Origin: Desulfatiglandales bacterium
Lineage (GTDB): Bacteria; Desulfobacterota; DSM-4660; Desulfatiglandales; HGW-15
Assembly (NCBI GenBank): GCA_963667015.2
Contig: CAXXJJ010000004.1
Coordinates: 480,001 to 544,000, forward strand
Length of the DNA: 64,000 nt
Reading direction: 5' to 3'
Of this stretch, positions 50,749 to 60,243 are shown piece by piece (within the stretch, counting starts at the first letter, position 1; every line of letters starts with the position of its first letter). Under the pieces are notes generated by a model, which was not told the origin of the DNA, did not search any database, and saw nothing but the letters and a program-made list of their open reading frames with translations. A program made the translations under genes and the position numbers.

Positions 50749-50819
50749 TAAGCGAAGCAACCCTACTAAGACGCTGTCTTCAACGTGCCAAGAGTCAAGA
50801 GCGGACTTGCCCCCTTAAC
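50749..50819 (+). repeat. 71-bp element, copy 2
   Basis: Direct repeat of 49820-49890; 8 bp from the sirtuin stop. Confidence 0.9.
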
Positions 50820-50827
50820 GTCATGAA

Positions 50828-53800
50828 CTAGAGATTGCGTTCGATTAAAAAATCATCCATCCTTCTATACTCAACTTCTTCTTTTATTGATGGGGCTGAG
50901 TCTACAATCTTATTTAATACCTCTCGAAATGAAGTCATTGGCCATTGATAATTTTCTGTAAACAACTTGGTGAGCAGCTTAAATACTTGCTTTGGATGCG
51001 TTTTAATTAGTTCTTCTTTTGGCTTAAGAAAAGTTAGTAGACGCGAAAGGTTAGTAACTGGTTTTATGAATGGAGATAAAAAATCTAGTGCATCTTCAAA
51101 TGTATCATCTAACCTTATCAACATTAAGGCTAAGTGTTCAGTCGTTTTTTCAGTTATAAATTCTCCAGCTCTAGGCCAAGCACCTTTTATAAAAGGCTGT
51201 ATTCGGTTTTTCCAATAATTATCTGCAGTTTTTGAATCCTTTCCAATATTTCGCATTAACATTTCAGAAATATGCACTAACCCATCTACTCCCAATGATA
51301 ACAATACTCCACGTTGCTCCTTTCTAGAATATAAATCTTTGTATTCTAAACAAACCACAGCAAATAATTTAATAAGTCTATCAGGATAATTCGAGATCTT
51401 TTTAATATTTTTCAAACAATTCATTAGATATTCTTTGAGTTCAATTGCTAAATCTGCTGAGAGACGAGGGCTCCATAGATATCCTTCCCAAATCAAAGGA
51501 GCAATATCTGATGTTTCTAAATTAAACAAAGGGATAAGTTTTTCTTTTGTCCACTCAGGATCTATTGTATAGAAATAACTCAATCTCGAAGCGAGAATGA
51601 TTTTACCATAAATGACAGGATGAGTTTTTATTCCTATTAATTGATTTAATGCATCTCTTATGGGGCCTTCGGGAATATTTCCTTCTACTTGTAAATTCCA
51701 TGCTCCACACCTTTCTACCAAGGCTTCGGTAATAATGCCTACAGGGTGGTTTATCGCAGAATTAATAGCGTCTTTAATTTCATTTTTGTGGTCAGTAACA
51801 TTGTCCAATATTTTATTAAATATAGTCCAGAAATATTGTTCTTCTGGTTCTGCACATTTTATTGGAACAATATTTTTTTTTGTCCAAAACGCTATAGGCC
51901 ATGATTCATCACGATATAATTCCGGTTGAGCATTCACGATTAATGGGGCAATTTTCCCCCAGATATTTTCAATATTTTCAGAAAGGCCTACTAGTGCGGC
52001 GTGCCAAATATCCCCCTTCCAGTTTTCTGTATCAGCCATATAATTAAGAACTTCAATGGCTTTTTCCTGGTTTTCCTTGCAACCCACTCTGAAGGAATCA
52101 ATCCTACCACGATTATACTGAGGGTCATCATTCGATAGATATTCAACAAGTTCTGGAGTATCCATTAAAAATAGATTATTTACAGAAATATCGACTTCGT
52201 ATCCTGATCCAGTTTCCATCCAAAAGCTAAATTCATCTTTTTCATTTTCACTTAAAGTCCACCTAGGGTAATTGGAACTAATTCGTTGAAGTTCTTTCTC
52301 TGCATTTTTAGGCAAATCTTTTCCAAAACTTTTGAGTTTAGAAAGCATCAACCACAAATCACGATTATATTGCTTACGCCAATCTTCATGAGATAGATCC
52401 TTTAGGTACATATTTCTAGGGGGGCCTTCAAGGATTTTTTCAATTAAATCGATAGCTAATTTTTCTTCAATTTTCGGCCAAATAACAGCCAACAATCGAA
52501 ACACTTCACGCTGAGTTTCAGAAGCCCACATCCATTTACCATTATCCTCTAAGAGATATCTTATTATTTCAATATCTGTGGCAACATCACTAAACGTCAT
52601 AGTATAAAAAACTAACCGTCTGAATACAGGGTACTCTATTGCTCTCCAGTAACTGATTATGGATTTTGCTATTTCTTTCTGATACTCCCATGCCACTCCC
52701 CATAAATCACGACATATTTCAATTAAAATTACCCAATGTCTGAAACGAGTATTTTGTTGGTGGTCTTGGATAGAGGGCATATCCCAATGACTGCGATCAA
52801 ATATATCATCACTCTCATTAGAAAAACTCCATAAATCGAGAGCTTCAATGAGGTACTGAGTAGATGGAACTAATAGAGGGATAAATTCTTTAGGATAATT
52901 TTTATTTTTTCTTAATTCCTGAAACATCCAATCAGATAGAGCTATTGTTACTTCTACTTCATATGGTTTCCTTTCTTCCTGAATCATGAAATATTCTTTG
53001 TCCTTTTTAGACCAATCAATTGCCTTTCTTAAAATAAAAACAGGACGTAATAATTTGGTAAACTCAGACAATGTGAATTTATCTATTGTACGCTCGAGGG
53101 AAATAACATATTCATAACCATAGCTATCTGGATTTCTATTACAGAATATATGATCTGAAGTGACAATTTTCCAGAAACGTAAATATGGCTCATTGGGTGG
53201 ATTATCTCTTATTTTAGTTGCTATTTTTTGTTTTACCCATGGATGCAAACATACCCCATTATCAATTATCCATCTGATAAGCGTATTATTTTCCAAGTAG
53301 TGAAATAACCAGTCCCATAAATTTAATGATATTTTATTGGGTTGTAATAAGTTATACTCGCATGGGTCTGAAGCAACCAAATATAAATACTCTACTTCTT
53401 TTGCCATCGATAACAGATTATTCTCATATAATACAGGCAACCAGTCGATTGGTGCGGGAGGGTCATTAATAGCACTAAATACTTTTGCGGGATAGCCGGT
53501 GATATGATTTTTGTTTGCACTGGTTTTTTCAGATAATAAATCAACTAATTGCATTACATTTGGATCTTGATCGTAAGGAGAAAGTGGTGCAATAGATGCA
53601 ACTTTAATAACACTTCGTTCTTTTGCGTTTAGACCATCTCTTATATAAAAATCCCACTCCTTTAGTGTATTATATAAATTGTTATGAGAGTACGAATATA
53701 GTATTGGTTTTATTCCTTTTGAAGCCCAAGCTTTTTCATCATTCTCACTCTTTTTAGGACTCGTATGCGCAGCTACATACGGTTGTTTAAAACCTTTATA

Positions 53801-54511
53801 GCCATGTAATCTTTCCGACGCAATAGCATCAGTCATATAACGAATTACTGGATCGTTGAGACTATAACCAATAAAAAAGACAGTAAAATGGGTAAACAAT
53901 TCTGTAACAAATTTACTTGCCCATCGTTCTGTTAGATATGCAGTACCAAAATCACCACTCGTAAATATTAAATTCTCACCATTTGGATCCTCACTATCAA
54001 TGATACCATGTAGATGAACTATACTTCTCCACCTATGTGGTTTTGGTACAGGTAATTTAGGAGCAGCATCAATACATTTGTTAACGGTATTATCAGCTTG
54101 TAAAAAACCATGATCGACATTAGTAGTGACTAAACGATATTTATTATTTTCTGTTCTCGAAAGTTGTAAAATAGCTTTATGATTTGATAAATCAGCATCA
54201 TGTGAAATGGTTAGCTCTTCAATGATTGCTTTTCTAACAAGGTTCGAATCTTTTGGAGCTTTATGTATAATATCTTGCTCTAACAATCCTAATGCGCGAT
54301 CAAACAAGCCAGCTTTAATAGCCTCATCCTGAGCTTCAGTAGCTGTAATCCCAAGCTTTTCGAATACATTTTTAACCAAACCACTAAAACCTGGAAGTCC
54401 TGCGGCATATGAAACACCTGCACCACAAAAAAACACAAGTGATTTTGACTCTTGGGCTTCTAATAATTCTAAAGGAATATTTGGCGCACCTTTTGTTGTA
54501 AGAAATTTCAT
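50828..54511 (-). CDS. dsr1: Defence-associated sirtuin, Dsr1-like (SIR2 domain plus long helical C-terminus)
   Basis: PNIPLELLEAQE..LVFFCGAGVS..AGLPGF, LVTTNVD, HLHG, TSGDFGTAYLTERWASKFV, FIGYSLNDP; C-terminal YWKNRIQPF..AWP; 1227 aa; AT-rich. Confidence 0.82.
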   Translation of the reverse strand: MKFLTTKGAPNIPLELLEAQESKSLVFFCGAGVSYAAGLPGFSGLVKNVFEKLGITATEAQDEAIKAGLFDRALGLLEQDIIHKAPKDSNLVRKAIIEELTISHDADLSNHKAILQLSRTENNKYRLVTTNVDHGFLQADNTVNKCIDAAPKLPVPKPHRWRSIVHLHGIIDSEDPNGENLIFTSGDFGTAYLTERWASKFVTELFTHFTVFFIGYSLNDPVIRYMTDAIASERLHGYKGFKQPYVAAHTSPKKSENDEKAWASKGIKPILYSYSHNNLYNTLKEWDFYIRDGLNAKERSVIKVASIAPLSPYDQDPNVMQLVDLLSEKTSANKNHITGYPAKVFSAINDPPAPIDWLPVLYENNLLSMAKEVEYLYLVASDPCEYNLLQPNKISLNLWDWLFHYLENNTLIRWIIDNGVCLHPWVKQKIATKIRDNPPNEPYLRFWKIVTSDHIFCNRNPDSYGYEYVISLERTIDKFTLSEFTKLLRPVFILRKAIDWSKKDKEYFMIQEERKPYEVEVTIALSDWMFQELRKNKNYPKEFIPLLVPSTQYLIEALDLWSFSNESDDIFDRSHWDMPSIQDHQQNTRFRHWVILIEICRDLWGVAWEYQKEIAKSIISYWRAIEYPVFRRLVFYTMTFSDVATDIEIIRYLLEDNGKWMWASETQREVFRLLAVIWPKIEEKLAIDLIEKILEGPPRNMYLKDLSHEDWRKQYNRDLWLMLSKLKSFGKDLPKNAEKELQRISSNYPRWTLSENEKDEFSFWMETGSGYEVDISVNNLFLMDTPELVEYLSNDDPQYNRGRIDSFRVGCKENQEKAIEVLNYMADTENWKGDIWHAALVGLSENIENIWGKIAPLIVNAQPELYRDESWPIAFWTKKNIVPIKCAEPEEQYFWTIFNKILDNVTDHKNEIKDAINSAINHPVGIITEALVERCGAWNLQVEGNIPEGPIRDALNQLIGIKTHPVIYGKIILASRLSYFYTIDPEWTKEKLIPLFNLETSDIAPLIWEGYLWSPRLSADLAIELKEYLMNCLKNIKKISNYPDRLIKLFAVVCLEYKDLYSRKEQRGVLLSLGVDGLVHISEMLMRNIGKDSKTADNYWKNRIQPFIKGAWPRAGEFITEKTTEHLALMLIRLDDTFEDALDFLSPFIKPVTNLSRLLTFLKPKEELIKTHPKQVFKLLTKLFTENYQWPMTSFREVLNKIVDSAPSIKEEVEYRRMDDFLIERNL

Positions 54512-54623
54512 TGTTGTATCAATATGTTATATCTAAATATGAATAGAAATTCAGTTTTTACACCCCCGCCGTTTCTGAATTTGTGTCTCAGAAGTTGGCT
54601 ATAATTACACTACATGAACAACT

Positions 54624-54650
54624 GGGGTCGGCCCTTGACATTGGACATTT
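54624..54650 (+). repeat. GGGGTC-type half element
   Basis: GGGGTCGGCCCTTGACATTGGACATTT between the DUF1294 stop and the sirtuin leader. Confidence 0.65.
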
Positions 54651-55186
54651 TTAAAAACCCAGATTTATACTTTTCGCTATTGCCTCTAGCTGATCTGCTC
54701 CTTCAGGAGTCAACAACAAAACCAGAATACCGCAGTTGACAATAACAGTTACCCAGTAGACTGCTCTGAATTTTACTTTCTTTGACTTATGCCTCAGAAA
54801 ACTCTGTGCAATTGCCGCTCCGGGCCATCCGCCTATAAGAGAAAATATATGCAGTGTTCTTTCACCGGTTCTCCACTCCCCTGCCCTTGCAGCTGATTTA
54901 TCTGTTGCATATATGACAAAGGTTAATGCGCTTACTGCCAGGTAGTAAATCATCAGGAACGATGGCAGCTTTTTGTAAAGGATCAGGCCTATGAGGAAGC
55001 ACATGAAAAGGATGCCCAATATAAGTGCTGTAATCATCTGACCATCAGCCTTTGTAAATCCATCTTCAACAACCTGCGGAAATACCTTTGCTGCGCAAAC
55101 ACGTCCTTTCTTATCCTTTGAAAGACTGTATATTACAGAGAGTCCCTGTCTGGGCCGCTGGTGCTTTTTACTGAAGTCGTTGATGA
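54651..55186 (-). pseudogene. 5'-truncated cold-shock + DUF1294 membrane protein; the DUF1294 part (54651-55037) may still be translated
   Basis: DKSAA..GEWRTGERTLH..GGWPGA...RHKSKK; upstream in-frame INDFSKKHQRP...KGRVCA is the second half of a cold-shock domain, cut at the element at 55190. Confidence 0.78.
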
Positions 55187-55189
55187 AAA

Positions 55190-55220
55190 GGGGTCAAGTC
55201 TGCCCTTGACTCTTGACAGC
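55190..55220 (+). repeat. GGGGTC-type half element
   Basis: GGGGTCAAGTCTGCCCTTGACTCTTGACAGC, inverse of the ends of 49857-49885 and 50786-50814. Confidence 0.85.
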
Positions 55221-55934
55221 TTCAAGCAGCGCAGGGACAATCCTTAAATAATCAAATATCATTTTCCCCTCTTGTTAAAATAGGATAATGGTTTTTATTT
55301 TAAAACTGGTAATAATTTATTTTGAAAGACTTGTAAGACAGTACATCTTTATATCTGAAATGAAACATTTCATTTTTAGGCTTTTTTTGTAATAAATTCA
55401 AGAGTCTTTTTTTGATTCAAAGTTCAATATTCAAGATTATTTAAAATAGGCTGAAGCGGTTTAGGCTATAGGCTGATAAGCAAAAACAAAAGAACAGAGG
55501 TCAGATGCGGGAGATCAGAAAACAATGCTTCAGATTCAATATTCACAGCTTCGCTAAAGCTTCAGTCTGCGCATGAAGCTGCGCCTTGACAGGTCATCGG
55601 GACAGGGAAGTGGAAGGTCAGAGACCACAATATTACACTGCTATTTGGCGGAAGGTTTTTTTTGGATAACACGCTATTATAATTATATTAATTGGATTTT
55701 ATTTTGATATTTGGCGGATTTGCTGTATAATGCCCGCCAATCCGGATGCCGATTCCACGGGAAAGCGGATGGCGATTCCAAAGTTATCCGGATAAGGATT
55801 CCACGGTAATCCGGATGGTGATTCTCCGCCAAAGCGGATAAGCTACCCAGGTCAACCCGGCCAAATAATAACAAAAATAAGACGCAGAAAAAAGATGATA
55901 ATCTGTGCCCCAAATACAGAATTTGGAGGAACAG

Positions 55935-57515
55935 ATGTCAAGAAAGAGGATTACAATGAGAAAGATAAAGGAAGTTCTGCGTTTAAAATACGAAGCTGAC
56001 CTGTCATATGAGGAAATAGGTCGAAGCTGTAATATTGGTCACACCACAGTTGGAGAGTATATCAATCGGGCAAAAAAAGCGGGTTTAAAATGGCCCTTGC
56101 CGGATGAGATGGATGATAACCAACTGGAACAGTTACTATATAAACAGCCTGAGAACAAAGATCCACAAAAGCCTATACCTGACTGGAGCTATATACATAA
56201 AGAACTCAAGAAAAAGAGCGTAACGCTTTTTCTTTTATGGCAGGAATATAAGGAAACATACCCTGATGGATATGAGTACAGCTGGTTCTGCCGGAACTAC
56301 AAAGAGTGGTCCGGAAAAATAGATGTTACAATGCGATTCAATCACAGGGCTGGAGAGAAGCTTTTTGTTGATTATGCAGGTCAAACAGTACCTATTATTG
56401 ACAAAAATACCGGAGAGATAAAAGACGCCCAGATATTTGTTGCAACCATGGGAGCCAGTAATTACACATACGCTGAAGCAACCTGGAGCCAATCTCTTCC
56501 CGACTGGATATCATCTCATGTCAGAGCATTTAAGTTTCTGGGTGGAGTTCCTGAGATAATAGTCCCTGACAATCTCAAATCAGGAGTTGATAAATCCTGT
56601 AGATATGAGCCTGATATTAATCCTACGTATCACGCAATGGCATCACATTACAGGTGTGCTGTTATACCTGCCAGAGTTAGAAAACCAAAGGACAAGTCCA
56701 AGGTGGAAACAGGGGTAAAGATAGTTGAACAGTGGATACTGGCGAGGCTGCGCAATATTAAATTCTTCAGTCTGTATGATCTCAACTCAACAATAAAAAA
56801 TCTGCTTAAGGATTTAAACACCAGACCTTTTCAGAAACTTCCCGGGACAAGGCAGTCAACCTTTGAGGAACTGGACAAACCGGCCTTAAAGCCATTACCT
56901 CTTGAACCATATACCTACGCAGAATGGAAAATAGTAAGGCCTGGCCCTGATTACCACATTGAGGTTAAGGGATATTATTACTCTGTCCCGTATCAGCTTG
57001 CTGGAAGAAAAATGGATGCCAGGATCACGCAAAATATTATTGAGGTACTTTACAAGGGAAAACGCGTAGCCAGCCACAAGCATGATCCCGCAATAAGATT
57101 TACCACACTTCCTGAACATATGCCTGAGGCTCACAAAAAACATGCTGAATGGACACCCCAGAGGATTATCGACTGGGCAGCTAAAACAGGTAAATCCACT
57201 GCCAGGACAGTAGAGGTTATTATGGGAAGCAGGATGCATCCTCAACAGGGTTTCAGGTCCTGCCTTGGGATAATAAGTCTTGGCAAAGATTACACACAGG
57301 AAAGATTGGAGGCCGCCTGTTCAAGAGCTCTGGCGATTGGAAGCCCCTCGTATAAAAGCATCCGCGCCATCCTTGAGAAGGGCCTTGACAGGCTGCCCCC
57401 TCAAAAAGAAGGCCCGCAACAGACCTCTTTTATAACTCATTCTAATATCAGAGGTCCTAAATATTATCAAACTAAAGAAGGAGAAAATACTTATGCTGAT
57501 TCATCCGATTATTGA
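55935..57515 (+). CDS. istA: IS21 transposase
   Basis: N-terminal HTH, FVDYAG, VPDNLKSGV, KPKDKSKVE (DDE), YSVPY; GGAGGA RBS. Confidence 0.95.
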   Translation: MSRKRITMRKIKEVLRLKYEADLSYEEIGRSCNIGHTTVGEYINRAKKAGLKWPLPDEMDDNQLEQLLYKQPENKDPQKPIPDWSYIHKELKKKSVTLFLLWQEYKETYPDGYEYSWFCRNYKEWSGKIDVTMRFNHRAGEKLFVDYAGQTVPIIDKNTGEIKDAQIFVATMGASNYTYAEATWSQSLPDWISSHVRAFKFLGGVPEIIVPDNLKSGVDKSCRYEPDINPTYHAMASHYRCAVIPARVRKPKDKSKVETGVKIVEQWILARLRNIKFFSLYDLNSTIKNLLKDLNTRPFQKLPGTRQSTFEELDKPALKPLPLEPYTYAEWKIVRPGPDYHIEVKGYYYSVPYQLAGRKMDARITQNIIEVLYKGKRVASHKHDPAIRFTTLPEHMPEAHKKHAEWTPQRIIDWAAKTGKSTARTVEVIMGSRMHPQQGFRSCLGIISLGKDYTQERLEAACSRALAIGSPSYKSIRAILEKGLDRLPPQKEGPQQTSFITHSNIRGPKYYQTKEGENTYADSSDY

Positions 57516-58242
57516 TCAACTCAAATCTTTAAGACTAAATGGTATGGCTCTCACACTTCAGGAACAGATGCAAATGACGGATATTGAATCCCTTTCCTTT
57601 GAAGAGCGTCTGGGGCTTATTGTAGATAGAGAAGCCACATACAGGGAAAACCGAAGACTCAAAACACGGCTTAAAAAAGCAAAACTGAGACAGAATGCCT
57701 GCGTAGAGGATATTGACTTTAAGCACCCAAGGGGCCTGGATAAATCCTTGATGGCAAAACTCTTTTCCTGTGACTGGATAAAAAGCGCCAATAATCTCAT
57801 TATCACAGGACCTACCGGAACAGGCAAAACCTATATCGCCTGTGCGCTCGCCCAAAAGGCATGCAGAGAAGGTTACACTGTGCAATATATCCGGACACCC
57901 AGGATCTTCCATGAACTATTTATTGCAAAGGGAGATGGTAGATATGGAAAAATTATGAGAGACTTTGCAAAAACAAATCTTCTGCTTTTTGATGACTGGG
58001 GTCTTGCTAAAATGACCGATGAAAGCAGACGTGATTTACTGGAAATACTGGAAGACAGAAACTCCATATCTTCCACCATGATCACGAGCCAGTTCCCTGT
58101 TGATACATGGCATGACTTGATAGGTGATCCTACTCTCGCTGATGCCATTCTAGACAGGTTGGTTCATTCCGCTTATAAAATAGAATTAAAAGGAAATACC
58201 ATGAGAAAGAAAAAGTCTACATTGACTAAATCTGAAAATTAG
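57493..58242 (+). CDS. istB: IS21 helper ATPase
   Basis: GPTGTGKT, LLFDDWG, DAILDRLVH. Confidence 0.95.
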   Translation: MLIHPIIDQLKSLRLNGMALTLQEQMQMTDIESLSFEERLGLIVDREATYRENRRLKTRLKKAKLRQNACVEDIDFKHPRGLDKSLMAKLFSCDWIKSANNLIITGPTGTGKTYIACALAQKACREGYTVQYIRTPRIFHELFIAKGDGRYGKIMRDFAKTNLLLFDDWGLAKMTDESRRDLLEILEDRNSISSTMITSQFPVDTWHDLIGDPTLADAILDRLVHSAYKIELKGNTMRKKKSTLTKSEN

Positions 58243-58478
58243 GTAAATTTGTTGACGTTGGCGTCTTACGTTTTATCTTTTTGTTATTTTTTTTAGCTGC
58301 GCTATCCGCTTTGCCGTGGAATAGCCATCCGTTTTAATATGGAATCATTATCCTGATTCCTGTGGAGTAGTTAACCGGATTCCGGGGAATACACAGATTT
58401 GCTGATATTGGCATTTCCGCCAATAGCAAATATTCATGATGAATTTTAATTAAGGGAATCAGCGGTGGTACTTCATTT

Positions 58479-58528
58479 AAAGGGTCACCCATTAAAGGGT
58501 ATGTCAAATCTGCCTTTGACTCTTGACA
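58479..58528 (+). repeat. 50-bp inverted-repeat arm, partner at 50051-50100
   Basis: AAAGGGTCACCCATTAAAGGGTATGTCAAATCTGCCTTTGACTCTTGACA. Confidence 0.85.
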
Positions 58529-58598
58529 GCTCCCCAAAATCAGTTATCAGTGAACAAAACCTGGATTCAATATTCGGCTGTCTGAGCCTCTAATTATT

Positions 58599-58925
58599 TC
58601 AGAACAAGATTTTTCTTCTCATTTTCAGGAATGTCAAACCCTCTACAGTAAAAGCAAAAACCAGGATTTCTTTCAGGCCGATTGAGGGTATTTCTAAGGC
58701 ACCTAAGGCTTTAATATTTTGAACCCAGTGTTCAAGGGGTAAAAATCCAAAATAAGAAGCAAAAACCAGAATGAGACAGGCAGCAGGCACAAATATACAA
58801 ACTGACAGTTTTAAAATACTGTTTTTTGTATGCAAGGCATTTTCGAGTTGTTTGAGTATGCTGTACTGGCGCAGCAATCTATGTTTCCACTCTTCACCAT
58901 GTGAGGGTTTGTTTAATAGAGTGCG
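58599..58925 (-). pseudogene. 5'-truncated paralog of the 42195-42569 membrane protein
   Basis: EWKHRLLRQYSILKQLENALHTK...SYFGFLPL...IGLKEILVFA aligns with DWKRRLLTRYTMQRQLKDALHPK...SYFGLVPL...VGLKEILIFA; cut at the element at 58932. Confidence 0.75.
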
Positions 58926-58931
58926 TAGAGT

Positions 58932-58990
58932 GGGACAATCCTTTCATAATTTAATAACTTCTTATCAACTTAATTTTAAAAGAGCGTCCC
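58932..58990. repeat. GGGAC...GTCCC AT-core hairpin element
   Basis: GGGACAATCCTTTC...AAAAGAGCGTCCC; related to 41945-42001 and to a half copy at 55234. Confidence 0.7.
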
Positions 58991-59061
58991 GCTCTAAGCT
59001 ATATATCTTTTAATATGTCAACTTAATTTATTATTTAAGGACGTCCCTGTTTACTTGATAG

Positions 59062-59297
59062 TTACCTCCTGAGATTAATGGTTTGAAAACCTGACACTGT
59101 TTCTTTTGTTGTTTTTATTCATTTTTGAGTGCTATTCAGCCATTTGGTAAATCTGGCAACGCTGCCATTTTTACCAAATAGCATGTTATGCCTGTCAGAA
59201 GAGTTTTGATATTTTGAGGTATTGTCCCCTGGCCTTCCATAGCTTTGCCGGTTTCACCTTTAAAAACTTGCCAATAGTCAAAGGCAGATCTGTCCCC
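59062..59297 (+). repeat. Gene-less copy of 48620-48675 joined to 49908-50075
   Basis: TTACCTCCTGAGATTAATGGTTT shared with 48620, followed directly by the about 170-bp repeat. Confidence 0.85.
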
Positions 59298-59317
59298 TAT
59301 GTTTTCATAATAAGCCC

Positions 59318-59345
59318 ATGAGCTAATAGGAGACTTGACCCCTTT
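59318..59345 (+). repeat. 28-bp inverted-repeat arm left of the five-gene operon
   Basis: ATGAGCTAATAGGAGACTTGACCCCTTT; 27/28 to the reverse complement of 63501-63528. Confidence 0.92.
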
Positions 59346-59473
59346 TTTACTCCAGATGGAAAAAGATGGAAATGGTAATATCTAATGCAATGAACATCGT
59401 GGCAGCCCTTGACAGCCGGCTTTCGAATACGCCATGGGTAGAGTAAAAATAATCGTGAAAGAAAAAAATGAAG

Positions 59474-60241
59474 TTAGAAGTAAGAAGACGAACTTGAGTT
59501 GGTACTCTTTTGTTTTTTCTCTTCCTTAATTCTTATTTGCTTGATAAATTGATGTAATGATGCATTTAACTCACTAGGTGTTTTAATTAGTAGTCTCGGG
59601 TTACTTTTTAATAATGGTTTAGGAAGTAGCTTTTCGGTTTTTAAAAGGATGCCAATTTCAGCAGCATTCAAAAAACAGAGGTCAGATTCGGAATCTCCAA
59701 ACGCTATTTTAATTCCATAATTCTTAAGGATTTTTTCAATTATCTGTTTTTTTCTTTCTTTTGGACCGCTATTTTTTAAAATTGTACCATTGTATTTTCC
59801 TGAGTGATCTACTGCAAATTCTAGTGACCCAATTACCTTAAACTTCATTTTTTCTCCATATGCCATAAGTGGTTCTTGAGGCGCACCACTTATTACAAAA
59901 GATTCTATTCCGATGGTATGCAATAAAGTGATTGCTCTTTCTCCAAACTCATATAAAAACTCAAAATCATATTCAACAAATTCAGTAGCAATATCAAGGA
60001 AATCACTTCTCGATTTACCCTTTATATATTCCGCCATATTAAGAGTGATATAGTCACAGAATTCTGGATATGAAAAAGCTCCTGATTTTAACGCATCAAA
60101 AGCATTATCCATTTTGTGGATGCAAGTATCACTTAACTGATTGAAACTATTTAAATATCTGCACCACCGGTCAATAAGGAATCCTCGTGAAATGGTGTGG
60201 TCCCAATCAAAGATTGCTACTGGCTTTTTATCATCATTCAT
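59474..60241 (-). CDS. HAD-superfamily (IB/PSP-like) phosphatase
   Basis: AIFDWDHT (motif I), VISGAP (II), Lys (III), AFGDSESD (IV). Confidence 0.85.
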   Translation of the reverse strand: MNDDKKPVAIFDWDHTISRGFLIDRWCRYLNSFNQLSDTCIHKMDNAFDALKSGAFSYPEFCDYITLNMAEYIKGKSRSDFLDIATEFVEYDFEFLYEFGERAITLLHTIGIESFVISGAPQEPLMAYGEKMKFKVIGSLEFAVDHSGKYNGTILKNSGPKERKKQIIEKILKNYGIKIAFGDSESDLCFLNAAEIGILLKTEKLLPKPLLKSNPRLLIKTPSELNASLHQFIKQIRIKEEKKQKSTNSSSSSYF

Positions 60242-60243
60242 AA

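Larger units (their letters stand above)
55724..58395 (+). mobile_element. Complete IS21-family insertion sequence with 7-bp TSD GATTTGC
   Basis: TG...CA ends, about 23-bp ATTCCA..CGGAT repeats at both ends, istA-istB, GATTTGC at 55717-55723 and 58396-58402. Confidence 0.93.

Noticed and set aside
55724..55850. About 23-bp periodic ATTCCA..CGGAT repeats (also 58300-58395) as a CRISPR array
   Set aside because: No unique spacers and no cas genes; these are the multiple terminal repeats typical of IS21 ends
54624..59345. GGGGTC ends as Tn3-family 38-bp inverted repeats
   Set aside because: Similarity is limited to the first bases; no Tn3 transposase or resolvase, and no consistent 5-bp TSDs seen
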